From positions 1 to 45,930 of the forward strand of contig CAAFYT010000069.1 in assembly GCA_900767325.1 (NCBI GenBank): DNA of 45,930 nt, written 5' to 3'. Under the pieces are notes generated by a model. The model ran no database searches, was not told the origin of the DNA, and saw only the letters and a list, made by a program, of their open reading frames with translations. The stretch comes from Kiritimatiellia bacterium. Lineage in GTDB: Bacteria > Verrucomicrobiota > Kiritimatiellia > RFP12 > UBA1067. Positions 26,162 through 38,031 of this stretch are shown here, piece by piece. Position 1 is the stretch's first letter. Each line of letters begins with the position of its first letter. The position numbers and the translations under genes were made by a program.

Positions 26162-28009
26162 ATGGCGAAGGACTATGGAGAGGCCAGCATCAAGACGCTG
26201 GATCCCGTGACGCACATTCGGACGCGTCCGGGGATGTACGTTGGCGAGCCGGGAACGGGCGCGATGTACCACGATTGCATCTACATCCTGATGAAGGAGG
26301 TGATCGACAATTCGGTGGACGAGTTCGTGATGGGCGAGGGCAAGCGCATCGACGTGACGGTCAACTACGACACCGGCGAGACGAGTGTGCGCGACTACGG
26401 GCGCGGCATCCCGCTCGGCAAGGTCGTCGAGTGCGTCAGCCAGATGAACACGGGCGGCAAGTTCGACACCGACGCCTTCCAGTTCTCGGCGGGCATGAAC
26501 GGCGTCGGAACGAAGGCGGTGAACGCGCTCTCGGAGTTCTTCGAGGTGAAGAGCTTCCGCGAAGGCGAGTGCGCGGAGGCGTATTTCGAGGAAGGGCGGC
26601 TGAAGTCGAAGAAGCGCGCGAAGCAGAAGGCGGCCGCGCGCAATGGGACGTTCATCCGCTACAAGCCCGATGTCAAGGTTCTGAAGAAGTTCAAGGTCCG
26701 CGAAGAGCACGTCGTTCGGCGAATGAAGATGTACTGCTATGTGAACGCCGGGCTGACGATCAATTTGAACGGACAGGAGATCTGCTCCGATCACGGGCTC
26801 GCCGATCTCATCGCCGACGAAGCGCAGTTCGAGAAGCTCTACGCGCCGTTTCACGTCAAGACGAAGAACCTCGAGATCATCTTCACCCACACGAATCGCT
26901 TCGGCGAGGAGTACCATTCGTTCGTCAACGGCCAGTACACGACGGATGGCGGCACGCATCTCACGGCGTTCAAGGAGGCGCTCACGAAGGCGCTGAACGA
27001 ATATGACTCGAAGAAGAAGTTCGACGGCGACGACATTCGCGACGGGCTCATCGGCGCCGTCTCGCTGCGGATCATCAATCCCGTCTTCGAGGGGCAGACG
27101 AAGATCAAGTTCGTGATGAACGACATCAAGGCCGATCTCGTGGGCGAGATGAAGAAGGAGATCCTCTCCGCGCTCCACCGCTCGAGCGCCGAGACCGAGA
27201 AGCTCATCGCGAAGATCGAGGAGACGGGCAAGATCCGTTCGCAGCTCAACACCATCAAGAAACAGGCGCGCGAGCGCACGCAGGCGACGCAGGTGCGCGT
27301 GCCGCAGCTGAAGGACTGCAAGAACCACCTCCGCCTCGACAAGGTGGACAAGAAGACCGGCCGGGCGGAGGGCGAGGAGACGATGATCTTCCTCACCGAG
27401 GGCCAGTCCGCCGGCGGCACCCTCGGCAACGCGCGCGACGCGATGAACCAGGCGGTCTTCTTCCTCCGCGGCAAGCCGCTCAACACGTTCGGCGTCGGCA
27501 AGGAGGTTCTCTACAAGAACGAGGAGTTCTTCAACCTCATCAAGACGCTCGACATCGAGGAGACGCTGGAGCATCTGCGCTACGGGAAGATCATCTTCGC
27601 GACCGATGCGGATGTCGACGGGCTCCACATCCGGATGCTGCTGACGACGTTCTTCATGCGCTTCTACCGTCAGCTCGTCGCCGACGGGCGCGTCTACATC
27701 CTGGAAACGCCGCTCTTTCGCGTGCGGAACAAGAAGGAGCAGCACTACTGTTTTTCGGAGGAGGAGCGCGAGGCGGCGATCAAGGCCTGCGGGCGCGGTT
27801 GCGAGATCACGCGCTTCAAGGGCCTCGGCGAACTGAACGCGACGGAGTTCAAGGACTTCATCGGCAAGGATATGCGTCTGACGAGCGTCACCTGCGCTGA
27901 CGATGTGGACGTCGAGAAGACGATCAAGTTCTACATGGGCGCGAACACGCCGGAGCGCAAGGACTACATTATGGAGTCGCTCGTCTGCGACGCCGCGGAA
28001 TTCTGCTGA
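26162..28009 (+). CDS. parE: Type IIA topoisomerase subunit B (ParE/GyrB family, short form)
   Basis: RPGMYVG, the GHKL ATPase region, Toprim EGQSAGG, FLRGKPLN and DADVDGLHI. Confidence 0.85.
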   Translation: MAKDYGEASIKTLDPVTHIRTRPGMYVGEPGTGAMYHDCIYILMKEVIDNSVDEFVMGEGKRIDVTVNYDTGETSVRDYGRGIPLGKVVECVSQMNTGGKFDTDAFQFSAGMNGVGTKAVNALSEFFEVKSFREGECAEAYFEEGRLKSKKRAKQKAAARNGTFIRYKPDVKVLKKFKVREEHVVRRMKMYCYVNAGLTINLNGQEICSDHGLADLIADEAQFEKLYAPFHVKTKNLEIIFTHTNRFGEEYHSFVNGQYTTDGGTHLTAFKEALTKALNEYDSKKKFDGDDIRDGLIGAVSLRIINPVFEGQTKIKFVMNDIKADLVGEMKKEILSALHRSSAETEKLIAKIEETGKIRSQLNTIKKQARERTQATQVRVPQLKDCKNHLRLDKVDKKTGRAEGEETMIFLTEGQSAGGTLGNARDAMNQAVFFLRGKPLNTFGVGKEVLYKNEEFFNLIKTLDIEETLEHLRYGKIIFATDADVDGLHIRMLLTTFFMRFYRQLVADGRVYILETPLFRVRNKKEQHYCFSEEEREAAIKACGRGCEITRFKGLGELNATEFKDFIGKDMRLTSVTCADDVDVEKTIKFYMGANTPERKDYIMESLVCDAAEFC

Positions 28010-28012
28010 AAA

Positions 28013-30208
28013 ATGGGAAAGAAAGAGAACAAGAACAATCAGCCGCCGAGTTTGTTTGACAATCTCGAGCTGTTCGCCGCGCCGAATGCGGTTGAAAAGG
28101 GAACGAAGGCGGAGAAAAAAGGCGAAGCGCCGAAAGCGGCGAGTGCCCCGACCAAAGGGCTGACCGGGTCGGGGCCGATGCGCGAGCTCTACGACTTCAA
28201 CTTCCGGCAGTACTCGGCGTATGTGATCTGCGACCGCGCGATTCCGGCGGTCGAGGACGGCCTCAAGCCCGTGCAGCGGCGCATCCTGCACTCGCTCTGG
28301 GAGAATGACGATTGTCGCTCAACGAAAGACGCTATCATCGTCGGCCATGCGATGCAATACCATCCCCATGGCGATGCTTCGATCGGCGATGCGCTGTGCG
28401 TTCTGGCGAACAAGCTTTGGGGCGAGGGCAAGGGCTATCTCATCGACGGGCAGGGCAACTACGGTTCGCTCTACACCGGCATGAAGCACGCGGCGACGCG
28501 TTACATCGAGTGCCGGCTGACGGAACTCGCGCGGAAGGAGGTCTTCAACGCGAAGACGACCGAGTTCGTGCCGAACTACGATGGCCGCAAGGAGGAGCCG
28601 GTCTATCTGCCGGCGAAGATTCCGCTTCTGCTCATGCTGGGCGCGGACGGAATCGCAGTCGGGCTTTCGACGTCGATCCTGCCGCACAATTTCATCGAGC
28701 TTTTAGAGGCGGAGATCTGCGCCATTCAGAAGAAGCCCTTCGAGCTGTATCCCGATTTCCAGCTCGGCGGCGTGATGGATGCGAGCGACTATCAAGATGG
28801 GCTCGGCAAGGTCAAGGTTCGCGCGCGCATCGAGAAGGCGGATAAAAATCGGCTGGTGATCACCGAGCTGCCGTGGGGCGAAACGACCGATTCGATCGCG
28901 GAGTCCATCGAAGAGGCCATCCGAAAGAAGAAGGTTCCGGTCAGGAAGCTTCACGATCTGACCAGCGCGTCGGTTCGGATCGAACTCGAGCTCCAATCCG
29001 GCGAAAGCCAGGAGAAGGCAATTGTCGCGCTCTATGCGTTCACGACTTGCGAGAAGTCGATCGCCTCGCGGCCCGTGGTGCTTTCTGGTGGGCGGCCGAA
29101 GCTGATGACCGTCAGCGAGATCATCAAGACGAACGCAGAACGGCTGACGGCGCTCACCAAGCGCGAGCAGGAGATTCGCCTGAAGGAGCTCGACGATCTT
29201 TTCCATGCGCGCACGCTCGAACGCATTTTCGTCGAGGAGCGGATCTACAAACGCATCGAGAAGGAAAAGACGATGGAGGGCATCATCGCGGCGGTGAAGG
29301 ACGGCTTCAAGCCGTTTCGCAAGGAGCTGCGCCGCGATGTCACCAACGACGACGTCGAGCGGCTTCTCAAGCTGCAGATCCGGCGCATTTCGCAATTCGA
29401 CATCGACAAGAACCGCGCGGAGATCGAAGCGATCCGGAATGAAGAGCGGCAGGTCAAGGACAATCTCGTGCACTTGCGCGCGTTCGTCGTCAACTACCTC
29501 AAGGGGCTCATCAAGCAATACAAGAAGCAGTATCCGCGCTGCACCGAGATCGCGCGAGGCGCGTTCAAGCAGGTGGACGTCAAGGCGATCACCGCGAGCG
29601 AGCTGACGATCCGGTGGGATAAGGAGAACGGCTTCGTCGGGTCGTCTCTTCGCGGCGGCGACGAGCTCTTCAAATGCTCTTCGCTCGACGAGCTGATCTT
29701 CATCTGGAAGGATGGGCGATTCAAGAAGATGCAGCCGGACGAGAAGATCTTCGTCGACAAGGACCTCCTGAGCGTGCTGCGCTACGATCAGGAGAAGGAG
29801 CGCGACACGCGCGACTTCACGCTCGTCTACGAAGAGGGTTCCTACGGCTTCAGCTACATCAAGCGCTTCACGTTCGGCGGCCTCATCCGCAACAAGGAGT
29901 ACCATCTCGCGCCGGCGAAAGGCAAGACGAAGATCCTCTTCCTGCAAGAGGGCTGTCCGGAAACGCTCTACGTGAAATACAAGCCGGCGAAGGGCCAGAA
30001 GATCCACCAGCAGTACTTTCTGCCGCGCGAGAAGGTCGAGCGCCTCAATGCGGAGACGCGAAAGCCCGAGAAGCGCGAAGTGGTTGAGATCCGCGGCGCC
30101 GGAACGAAAGGCAAGCAGCTTTCGAGCAAGTCGATCGCCCGAATCGCCTCGGCCAAGGGATCGTGGTGGGATGAGTCGGAGCCGCCCTCCAAGGGCATCT
30201 TGGATTGA
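28013..30208 (+). CDS. parC: Type IIA topoisomerase subunit A (ParC/GyrA family, short C-terminal domain, basic N-terminal extension)
   Basis: RAIPAVEDGLKPVQRRIL and YHPHGDASI. Catalytic Tyr context AATRYIECRL. It starts 3 nt after the subunit B stop. Confidence 0.85.
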   Translation: MGKKENKNNQPPSLFDNLELFAAPNAVEKGTKAEKKGEAPKAASAPTKGLTGSGPMRELYDFNFRQYSAYVICDRAIPAVEDGLKPVQRRILHSLWENDDCRSTKDAIIVGHAMQYHPHGDASIGDALCVLANKLWGEGKGYLIDGQGNYGSLYTGMKHAATRYIECRLTELARKEVFNAKTTEFVPNYDGRKEEPVYLPAKIPLLLMLGADGIAVGLSTSILPHNFIELLEAEICAIQKKPFELYPDFQLGGVMDASDYQDGLGKVKVRARIEKADKNRLVITELPWGETTDSIAESIEEAIRKKKVPVRKLHDLTSASVRIELELQSGESQEKAIVALYAFTTCEKSIASRPVVLSGGRPKLMTVSEIIKTNAERLTALTKREQEIRLKELDDLFHARTLERIFVEERIYKRIEKEKTMEGIIAAVKDGFKPFRKELRRDVTNDDVERLLKLQIRRISQFDIDKNRAEIEAIRNEERQVKDNLVHLRAFVVNYLKGLIKQYKKQYPRCTEIARGAFKQVDVKAITASELTIRWDKENGFVGSSLRGGDELFKCSSLDELIFIWKDGRFKKMQPDEKIFVDKDLLSVLRYDQEKERDTRDFTLVYEEGSYGFSYIKRFTFGGLIRNKEYHLAPAKGKTKILFLQEGCPETLYVKYKPAKGQKIHQQYFLPREKVERLNAETRKPEKREVVEIRGAGTKGKQLSSKSIARIASAKGSWWDESEPPSKGILD

Positions 30209-30233
30209 ACGGGAAAAGTTCACGCAAGGAGGA

Positions 30234-32783
30234 ATGACCATGAAAGGAATCTGCACGGCATTGGCGTTGGCGCTGATCGCGCCGCTCGCGCGGGCGGAAC
30301 GAACGACCTTCGACTTCGATTGGAAGTTCAAGTACTTCGGCAAGGGCGATCCGGAAAGTTATGGCAAGGGCTACGGCGGAGCAGACGAGGTCGCGCAGAT
30401 CGGCTACGACGACAAGGACTTCGCCGCGGTGCAACTGCCGCACGACTGGGCGATCGAGAGTCCCTTCCTCGCCGACGAACCGAACGAGACGGGCAAGTTG
30501 CCGTGGAACGGATTCGGCTGGTATCGCAAGATGCTGCGGATACCGTCGTCCTTCAACGCGCAGAAAGACCGCTACTACCTCGATTTCGACGGCGTGATGT
30601 CGTCGCCGAAGATCTATGTCAACGGGAAGCTGGCGGGCGAGTGGGCCTACGGGTACGCGTCGTTTCGCGTGGACATCACGCCATTCATCCACTCGGGCGA
30701 CAACGTCGTCGCCGTGATCGCGAGCAACAGGCCCCGCTCGACGCGGTGGTATCCGGGAGCCGGCATCTACCGGCATGTCTGGCTCGACCACGTCGAGTCC
30801 ACGCACATCGCGAAGTGGGGCGTGCAGGTCGTGACTTCCGACATCAGCAAGACCGCCGCGAAGGCCACGATCACGACCACAGTCGAGAACACCGGAAATG
30901 GCGATCGCAACGTGACCGTGCAGCAGGTTCTCAAGGGTGTGAAGGGCGAGCCGGCGAAGTTGAAGATCCCCGCCAATTCGTCCGCCTCGGTCACGCAGAC
31001 GCTCACGATCCCCTCGCCGCGGCTCTGGAGCGTGGAGACACCCGAGCTCTACAAGCTCCAGACGCTCGTGAAGGAAGGCGCGCGGACGATCGACAGCGAG
31101 ACGACGACCTTCGGGGTGAGGACGATCGAGTGGAAGGAGGAGGGGTTCTTCCTGAACGGCAAGCGCGTGATGCTCAACGGCGTGTGCGAGCATCACGATC
31201 TCGGTCCGCTCGGCTCGGCGTTCTACGCGCGCGGCTACGAGCGCAAGATCCGCAAGCTCAAGGCGATGGGCTGCAATTCGATTCGTATGACGCACAATCC
31301 GCCGGCGCCCGAGGTGCTGATGCTCTGCGATCGGATGGGGATGCTGGTGATCGACGAGCTCTTCGACATCTGGAAGCACCAGAAGTACGACAAGGTCAAC
31401 GGCTACCACCGGTTCTGGCCGGAGTGGTGGAAGAAGGACGTCCGCAACTTCGTGATGCGCGACCGCAACCATCCCTGCGTCATCGCCTGGAGCGGCGGCA
31501 ACGAGATCGCCGAGATCACGACGAGCGACGGCATCGGCATCTCGAACGATCTGCGCGCCGAATTCAAGAAGTACGATACGACCCGCCCCTACACGGTCGG
31601 CACGAACGCGCAGAGCGGCATGAACAACGGCTTCCAGGAGACGGAGGATGTGTTCGGCTTCAACTACAAGCCGCATAGCTACGGGCGCTTCCACGAGATC
31701 AATCCCGGCAAGCCCCTCTACGGCTCGGAGACGGCCTCGAACTTCAACACGCGCGACTTCTACGCCTTTCCGCTCGGCTGGGGCAATGGCAGCGGCCAGC
31801 AGAACTTCCAGGTCAGCTCCTATTGCACGGGCGGGCCCGGTTGGGGAAACTGCTCCGACATCGACTTCAAGGCGCAGAAGATGTATCCGAAGTGCGCGGG
31901 GCAATACGTCTGGACGGGCTTCGATTATCTCGGCGAGCCGACGCCCTACAATCAGGACCGCTCGAACGCCGGCAACTTCCGCGACCTGCCCGAGGCCGAA
32001 CAGAAGCGGATGATGGAGATGCTGAACAAGACGGGCAACAAGGCGCCCAGTCGCAGCTCCTATTTCGGCATCCTCGATCTCGCGGGTTTTCCGAAGGACA
32101 TCTACTACCTCTTCCAAAGCGTCTGGGCGCCCGAGATCGCGCAGGCCCACATTCTTCCGCACTGGAACTGGCCGGGGCGCGAGGGGCAGGTCACGCCCGT
32201 CATGGTGTTCACGAGCGGCGACGAGGCGGAGCTCTTTCTCAACGGCGAGAGTCTCGGCGTGCGGCGGCGTGGAGACGGCGGAACCTTTTCGCAGAACGGC
32301 ATCACGGTCGGCAAGAACGAATTCCGCTTCGTCTGGGAAGACGTCAAGTACCAGCCGGGCAAGCTGCTCGTCAAGGTGAAGAAGAACGGGCGGCCGTGGG
32401 CGGAGGCGAAGCGCGTGACGACGGGTCCGTCGGCCGCGCTTGTCGCCGACATCGACCGCAAGGTTCTGCGGGGCGATGGACGCGATCTCGCCTACATCGA
32501 GCTGGCGACGGTCGATAAGGACGGCAACGTCGTTCCCACCGATTGCCGCGAGGTCGAGTTCGCCGTGAGCGGACCCGCGAAGCTGATCGGATTCTGCAAC
32601 GGCAATCCCGTGGATTGGACCTGTCTGCAGAATCCCAGCCAGAAGTTCTTCAACGGGCGGATCGTGGCGGTTCTGCGCGGCGAGCGCGACGGCGCGGGCA
32701 AGGCCGAGGTGATCGTCAAGGCGAAGGGGCTGCCGGCGCTTCGTCTGCCCTTCGAGATCACGGGCGCGAAGAAGAGGCGCTGA
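30234..32783 (+). CDS. Secreted glycoside hydrolase family 2 enzyme (beta-galactosidase-like)
   Basis: AAGGAGG RBS with ATG 30234. Signal peptide MTMKGICTALALALIAPLARA. GH2 blocks FRVDITP, GIYRHVWL, NGVCEHHD, NSIRMTHNPP, NHPCVIAWSGGNE and YGSETAS. Confidence 0.85.
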   Translation: MTMKGICTALALALIAPLARAERTTFDFDWKFKYFGKGDPESYGKGYGGADEVAQIGYDDKDFAAVQLPHDWAIESPFLADEPNETGKLPWNGFGWYRKMLRIPSSFNAQKDRYYLDFDGVMSSPKIYVNGKLAGEWAYGYASFRVDITPFIHSGDNVVAVIASNRPRSTRWYPGAGIYRHVWLDHVESTHIAKWGVQVVTSDISKTAAKATITTTVENTGNGDRNVTVQQVLKGVKGEPAKLKIPANSSASVTQTLTIPSPRLWSVETPELYKLQTLVKEGARTIDSETTTFGVRTIEWKEEGFFLNGKRVMLNGVCEHHDLGPLGSAFYARGYERKIRKLKAMGCNSIRMTHNPPAPEVLMLCDRMGMLVIDELFDIWKHQKYDKVNGYHRFWPEWWKKDVRNFVMRDRNHPCVIAWSGGNEIAEITTSDGIGISNDLRAEFKKYDTTRPYTVGTNAQSGMNNGFQETEDVFGFNYKPHSYGRFHEINPGKPLYGSETASNFNTRDFYAFPLGWGNGSGQQNFQVSSYCTGGPGWGNCSDIDFKAQKMYPKCAGQYVWTGFDYLGEPTPYNQDRSNAGNFRDLPEAEQKRMMEMLNKTGNKAPSRSSYFGILDLAGFPKDIYYLFQSVWAPEIAQAHILPHWNWPGREGQVTPVMVFTSGDEAELFLNGESLGVRRRGDGGTFSQNGITVGKNEFRFVWEDVKYQPGKLLVKVKKNGRPWAEAKRVTTGPSAALVADIDRKVLRGDGRDLAYIELATVDKDGNVVPTDCREVEFAVSGPAKLIGFCNGNPVDWTCLQNPSQKFFNGRIVAVLRGERDGAGKAEVIVKAKGLPALRLPFEITGAKKRR

Positions 32784-33714
32784 TCTCCGCCCACTTCGGC
32801 CGGGGCGCGCGGATCGCGATCGGCGCGCCGCTGCTCGGATGGAGGAAGGCGGCGGCGAGGGCGTGCAGGCAATGTCCCGACTGGCCCTCGACCGCGAACG
32901 CGCCGTAGAGCCGGTCGTTCACGATGTGCAGTCCCGCGAGCGCGAGTTGCGCGCGGATCTGATGCGTGACGCCCGTGCGGATGGTGACTTCCAGAAGCGT
33001 GCGCTCCTCGTTTTCGTTCCAGACGCGTCCGATCGGCTGGAACGCCGTGACCGCGTGCAGCGGTCTCAGCCGCGCGCATTGTCCGCGCGTCAGGCGGTTG
33101 TGGTGCGCGTCGATCATCCGGCAGAAGGGCAGCGTGGGATCGTGCACGAGATCGTTCTCCAGGGTCGCGCCGGCGGCGACGGCGCCTTCGACGAGCGCGA
33201 GATAGGTCTTTTCCACGGCCTGCCGCGCGAACTGTCCGCGCAGATTTTCGAACGCCTCGGCCGTCCGCGCGACGAGAACGAGTCCGGAAGTATCCGCGTC
33301 GATGCGATGGACGGCTCCCGCCAGAAGCGGCTGGTCGCCGAGCATGCGGCACTCCGGATAGCGCGCGGCGACGGCGTTCATCAGCGTTCCCGTTTCGCGG
33401 CAGCTGAGCGGCTGAACCGGCATCGCGCTCGGCTTGTCGAAGGCGAGGAGGGCGGCATCCTCGAAGATCGGCTTCGGACACTCTCCGGCGGGCCGCACGA
33501 GATTGTCCTTCGCCTCCAGAAGCTCCGCGACGCGGATGACGTCGCCCGATCTCAGCTTGGTTCCCTTCGGCGCGGCGCGTCCGTTCACCAGCACCGCGCC
33601 GCGTTCGATCGCGTCCCGGACGAAGGCGCGCGTGGAGGAGGGGAAGGACGCAAGAAGGGCGGCATCCAAACGAATGCCGCCCTCATTCACCGTGATCTCA
33701 CGGCCCTCAATCAT
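32758..33714 (-). CDS. rluD: RluA-family 23S rRNA pseudouridine synthase (S4 domain plus catalytic domain, RluD-like)
   Basis: The catalytic motif HRIDADTSGLVLVART, an N-terminal S4-like segment, and C-terminal HQIRAQLA...G..IVND.LYG. Confidence 0.8.
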   Translation of the reverse strand: MIEGREITVNEGGIRLDAALLASFPSSTRAFVRDAIERGAVLVNGRAAPKGTKLRSGDVIRVAELLEAKDNLVRPAGECPKPIFEDAALLAFDKPSAMPVQPLSCRETGTLMNAVAARYPECRMLGDQPLLAGAVHRIDADTSGLVLVARTAEAFENLRGQFARQAVEKTYLALVEGAVAAGATLENDLVHDPTLPFCRMIDAHHNRLTRGQCARLRPLHAVTAFQPIGRVWNENEERTLLEVTIRTGVTHQIRAQLALAGLHIVNDRLYGAFAVEGQSGHCLHALAAAFLHPSSGAPIAIRAPRPKWAEISASSSRP

Positions 33715-33904
33715 ATTGGTTCATGATGGACGGCGCGATGGGCGCGATGCCCTCCCAATTCTTGTTGGAGGCCCAGGGAAGGTCGCTGTCTTCGGCGGTG
33801 TCGGCGATGCAGCCCGCGAGAAGCGCGAGCGCCGCCGCCGCGAAGAAAGCCCCGATCGCGCGCGCGCCGCGCGCCGGACGGTCAGTCTGCGAAGATGATG
33901 TCAT
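33707..33904 (-). CDS. Small putative lipoprotein (65 aa)
   Basis: Lipobox LLAGC follows a hydrophobic stretch (AIGAFFAAAALALLAGC). GC3 is high. It overlaps both neighbouring genes (23 nt and 8 nt). Confidence 0.5.
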   Translation of the reverse strand: MTSSSQTDRPARGARAIGAFFAAAALALLAGCIADTAEDSDLPWASNKNWEGIAPIAPSIMNQYD

Positions 33905-35018
33905 TGATTTCGAGCTTGGCCTGTTCCCAGGCGCTGAGGATGTCGCAAATCACGTAGTTCTTGCCCTTGACCTCCTGGCGGAGCTTGATGCGCCCGACGA
34001 ATTCGCCGGCCTCGCCCGCATAGCCGGGCCGCCGCACGCCGAGTTCGATCGCGGGGAGCGGATGGGAGAGATCGTCGCCCTTGAGATCCTTCATCGCCTC
34101 GTCGCTGAACGCGATGATCGCGAACATGTTCTCGTTGTCGACCTCGATGATCTTGCCCTTGTCGCCCGCCGGCAGCGACTCGACCGATGCCAGGCCGGAC
34201 GACTTCGCGCCGGAGGTCGGAACCATCTCCTTCATCATCTTCTTGAGCTGTTCGATGAGCTTGTTGGCCTTCGCCAGCTCCTCGGACTTCGCCTCGACCT
34301 CTTCGGCCTTCGTCGCGACCTCGTCCTTCAGCGAGGTGACTTCGCTGTTGAGTTCGTCGATCTGCGAGTTCTTGCGGGTGATCTGGTTTTCGAGCTCGGC
34401 CTTCTCGCTTTCGAGGGAGGCGATCTTCTCGTTGCGCTCGACGATGGTGACCTTGTCTTGCCGCGCTTCGCCCTTGAGCTTGTTGAGCTCGGTCACGACG
34501 CCTTCGAGCTTGCCGTGCAGATCGACGAGCGCCGCGCGCGTGTTGTTGAGCCGCGCCTGCTGCTTCTTGGCGCTCTCGAAGAGCCCGGCGAGCATCTTGT
34601 CGGCATCGCTGCCCGCGATCAGGTAGCCGTTGGCGCCGTTGGGGATCGGCTTGCCCTCGGCATCGAGCTGGTAGATGTTGCGCAGGGTTCCGATCAGCCC
34701 GGCGTTGCTGTTCTTCCAGTCGTACGTCGCGAGGTTCTGCTTTTCGAGCTCGGCGGGATAGTCGGCGAGCAGATTCTCCATGTTGGGCGAATCGACGAGT
34801 TCGGCCTCGACCGCGTCGGCGTCCTTGTTGATCGTCGCGACGTCTTTCGCCGGATCGGCCTTCTCGATGGTGTTGGCGACCTTGAAGATGTAGTCGCGCA
34901 GCGTCGTGTTGCGGTCGGTCAGTTCCGCGCGCTTGGCATTGAGCTGAATTTCGAAAAACAACGCGACCCCGGCGACAACCAGGAACACGTAAACGAGAAC
35001 GTGTAGTGCTTTGTTCAT
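33882..35018 (-). CDS. Membrane-anchored coiled-coil protein (378 aa) of unknown function
   Basis: ATG 35018. N-terminal TM helix LHVLVYVFLVVAGVALFF. Long heptad-like region (ELNKLKGEARQDKVTIVERNEKIASLESEKAELENQI...). Small C-terminal beta-rich domain. Confidence 0.75.
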   Translation of the reverse strand: MNKALHVLVYVFLVVAGVALFFEIQLNAKRAELTDRNTTLRDYIFKVANTIEKADPAKDVATINKDADAVEAELVDSPNMENLLADYPAELEKQNLATYDWKNSNAGLIGTLRNIYQLDAEGKPIPNGANGYLIAGSDADKMLAGLFESAKKQQARLNNTRAALVDLHGKLEGVVTELNKLKGEARQDKVTIVERNEKIASLESEKAELENQITRKNSQIDELNSEVTSLKDEVATKAEEVEAKSEELAKANKLIEQLKKMMKEMVPTSGAKSSGLASVESLPAGDKGKIIEVDNENMFAIIAFSDEAMKDLKGDDLSHPLPAIELGVRRPGYAGEAGEFVGRIKLRQEVKGKNYVICDILSAWEQAKLEINDIIFAD

Positions 35019-35060
35019 GGTATCTCTCTCTTGGCCCTTTCGAATTACCGAAGAGAATGA

Positions 35061-36567
<1,507 letters not shown>

Positions 36568-36570
36568 TCC

Positions 36571-37446
36571 GTGTCGCTCGCGCGCGGCAAGTACGGAATC
36601 GAGTACAACCCGAGGCCGCTCGACAACGAGCCCTCGGGGCTCGGACTCCTCATCGCCGCGATCGCGCTCGTCGCCGCCGCCTCGTTCGCGTGGCGGATGA
36701 TCGCGCATAGACGCGCTGCGTCGGACGCCGCCTCCCTCGACTCCTTTGCGACTACGAACGAGTATTCAGCCGCAAAGGGGGTGAAGGTGAACGAGGAGGT
36801 GAAGTCGAAGGTGAACGAGGAGGTGAAGTCGAACGAGGAGGCGAAGTCGACTTCCCTCTCGCATCGTCCGGCGAACGTGCGGAATCTGCTGATGCGGCTG
36901 GCGGAGGCCGAGAAGGCGGGGGACATCGAGCTGGAGGCCTCGACGATCGAGACGCTGCGCGCGCTGCCGGGTTCGCCGGTCGCCGATCTCGACGATGCGC
37001 TGGCGCGTCGTCTCGGCGCGCTCAACGTGAAGCGGCTTTTCGAGAAGCACAACGCGCAGTGGGTGAAGACGGTCGTCGTGAAGCGCGGCGACACCGCCTC
37101 GCGCCTCGCGGCGGCGAACGGTTCGACCGTCGCCTCGTTCGCGCGGCTCAACGGCGGCGACATCGACCGCGTGGTGCTCGGCGCGAAGGTTCTGGTGATG
37201 AACCATCCGCGCTTCAATCTCGTGTTCCACCGGCGCACGCGCACGGCCGACTTGTCGCTGAACGGAAAGTTCTTCAAGCGCTACGACCTCGCCTCCGCCG
37301 TGACCGGGGCGGCGGGCGCCTATGCGGTGGGCGAAGTGCGCCGCGAACTCTGGAAGCAGATCGGCGCGGACTTCGCCGCCGAGGACCGCAAGGAGATCGA
37401 GACGCTGCTGCCGGTCGGTTCGAGCGTGCTCGTTTCGGAGATGTAG
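36571..37446 (+). CDS. Membrane-anchored LysM-domain protein
   Basis: TM helix [19 protein letters not shown]. LysM-like [42 protein letters not shown]. Contains the VNEEVKS tandem repeat. Confidence 0.7.
   Translation: MSLARGKYGIEYNPRPLDNEPSGLGLLIAAIALVAAASFAWRMIAHRRAASDAASLDSFATTNEYSAAKGVKVNEEVKSKVNEEVKSNEEAKSTSLSHRPANVRNLLMRLAEAEKAGDIELEASTIETLRALPGSPVADLDDALARRLGALNVKRLFEKHNAQWVKTVVVKRGDTASRLAAANGSTVASFARLNGGDIDRVVLGAKVLVMNHPRFNLVFHRRTRTADLSLNGKFFKRYDLASAVTGAAGAYAVGEVRRELWKQIGADFAAEDRKEIETLLPVGSSVLVSEM
36783..36848 (+). repeat. 24-nt tandem repeat GAAGGTGAACGAGGAGGTGAAGTC x2.75 inside the LysM gene
   Basis: Two identical units at 36783-36806 and 36807-36830, then an 18-nt partial unit. 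Together they encode [22 protein letters not shown]. Confidence 0.9.
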
Positions 37447-37449
37447 GCG

Positions 37450-38031
37450 ATGCGCATTACGGGCGGAGAGCAGGGCGGCAGGGTGATCGCGGTTCCGAAG
37501 GGACGCGACATCCGCCCCACGCAGGATCGCGTCCGCGAGGCGCTCTTCGACATCCTCGCGCCGGAACTCGTCGGGGCGGACTTCCTCGACCTCTTCGCGG
37601 GGTCCGGCGCGGTCGGGCTGGAGGCGCTCTCGCGCGGCGCGCGGCGCGTCGTATTCGTCGAGTCGAACCGCCGCCATCTGGACGTTCTGAAGGGCAATCT
37701 CGCCGCGCTGGGCGCGCCGCCGGACGCCGTCGAGACGGTCTGTGCGGACGCCTACCGCTATCTCGCGCGCGCGTCCGGCGCGTCCTTTTCGATCGTCTTC
37801 GCCGATCCGCCCTATGCGCTCGGCGAGACGCGCGGCTACGCGCCGGTTCTCGCGCTCGTCGCCGCGCGGAACGTCGTGCGCGCGGGGGGGCTCTTCATCG
37901 CCGAAATGACGGCGGCGCAGCGCGCCGAGGCGGCGGACGGCTGGGAGCTTCTCAGGGACCGCACCTACGGCAAGACGCGGATCTGCATCTGGAGGAGAGA
38001 ACAGGAAAAAGGAGAGGAGAGACATCCATGA
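37450..38031 (+). CDS. rsmD: 16S rRNA (guanine966-N2)-methyltransferase RsmD
   Basis: [33 protein letters not shown] and FADPPY. Confidence 0.85.
   Translation: MRITGGEQGGRVIAVPKGRDIRPTQDRVREALFDILAPELVGADFLDLFAGSGAVGLEALSRGARRVVFVESNRRHLDVLKGNLAALGAPPDAVETVCADAYRYLARASGASFSIVFADPPYALGETRGYAPVLALVAARNVVRAGGLFIAEMTAAQRAEAADGWELLRDRTYGKTRICIWRREQEKGEERHP

Noticed and set aside
22777-32162. Long minus-strand ORFs across greA, dksA, lspA, parE, parC and the GH2 gene (22777-25773, 24837-26063, 26060-28291, 28703-30343 and 30045-32162).
   Set aside because: They are antisense to genes with strong family signatures, and their composition is dominated by Arg, Leu and Asp.
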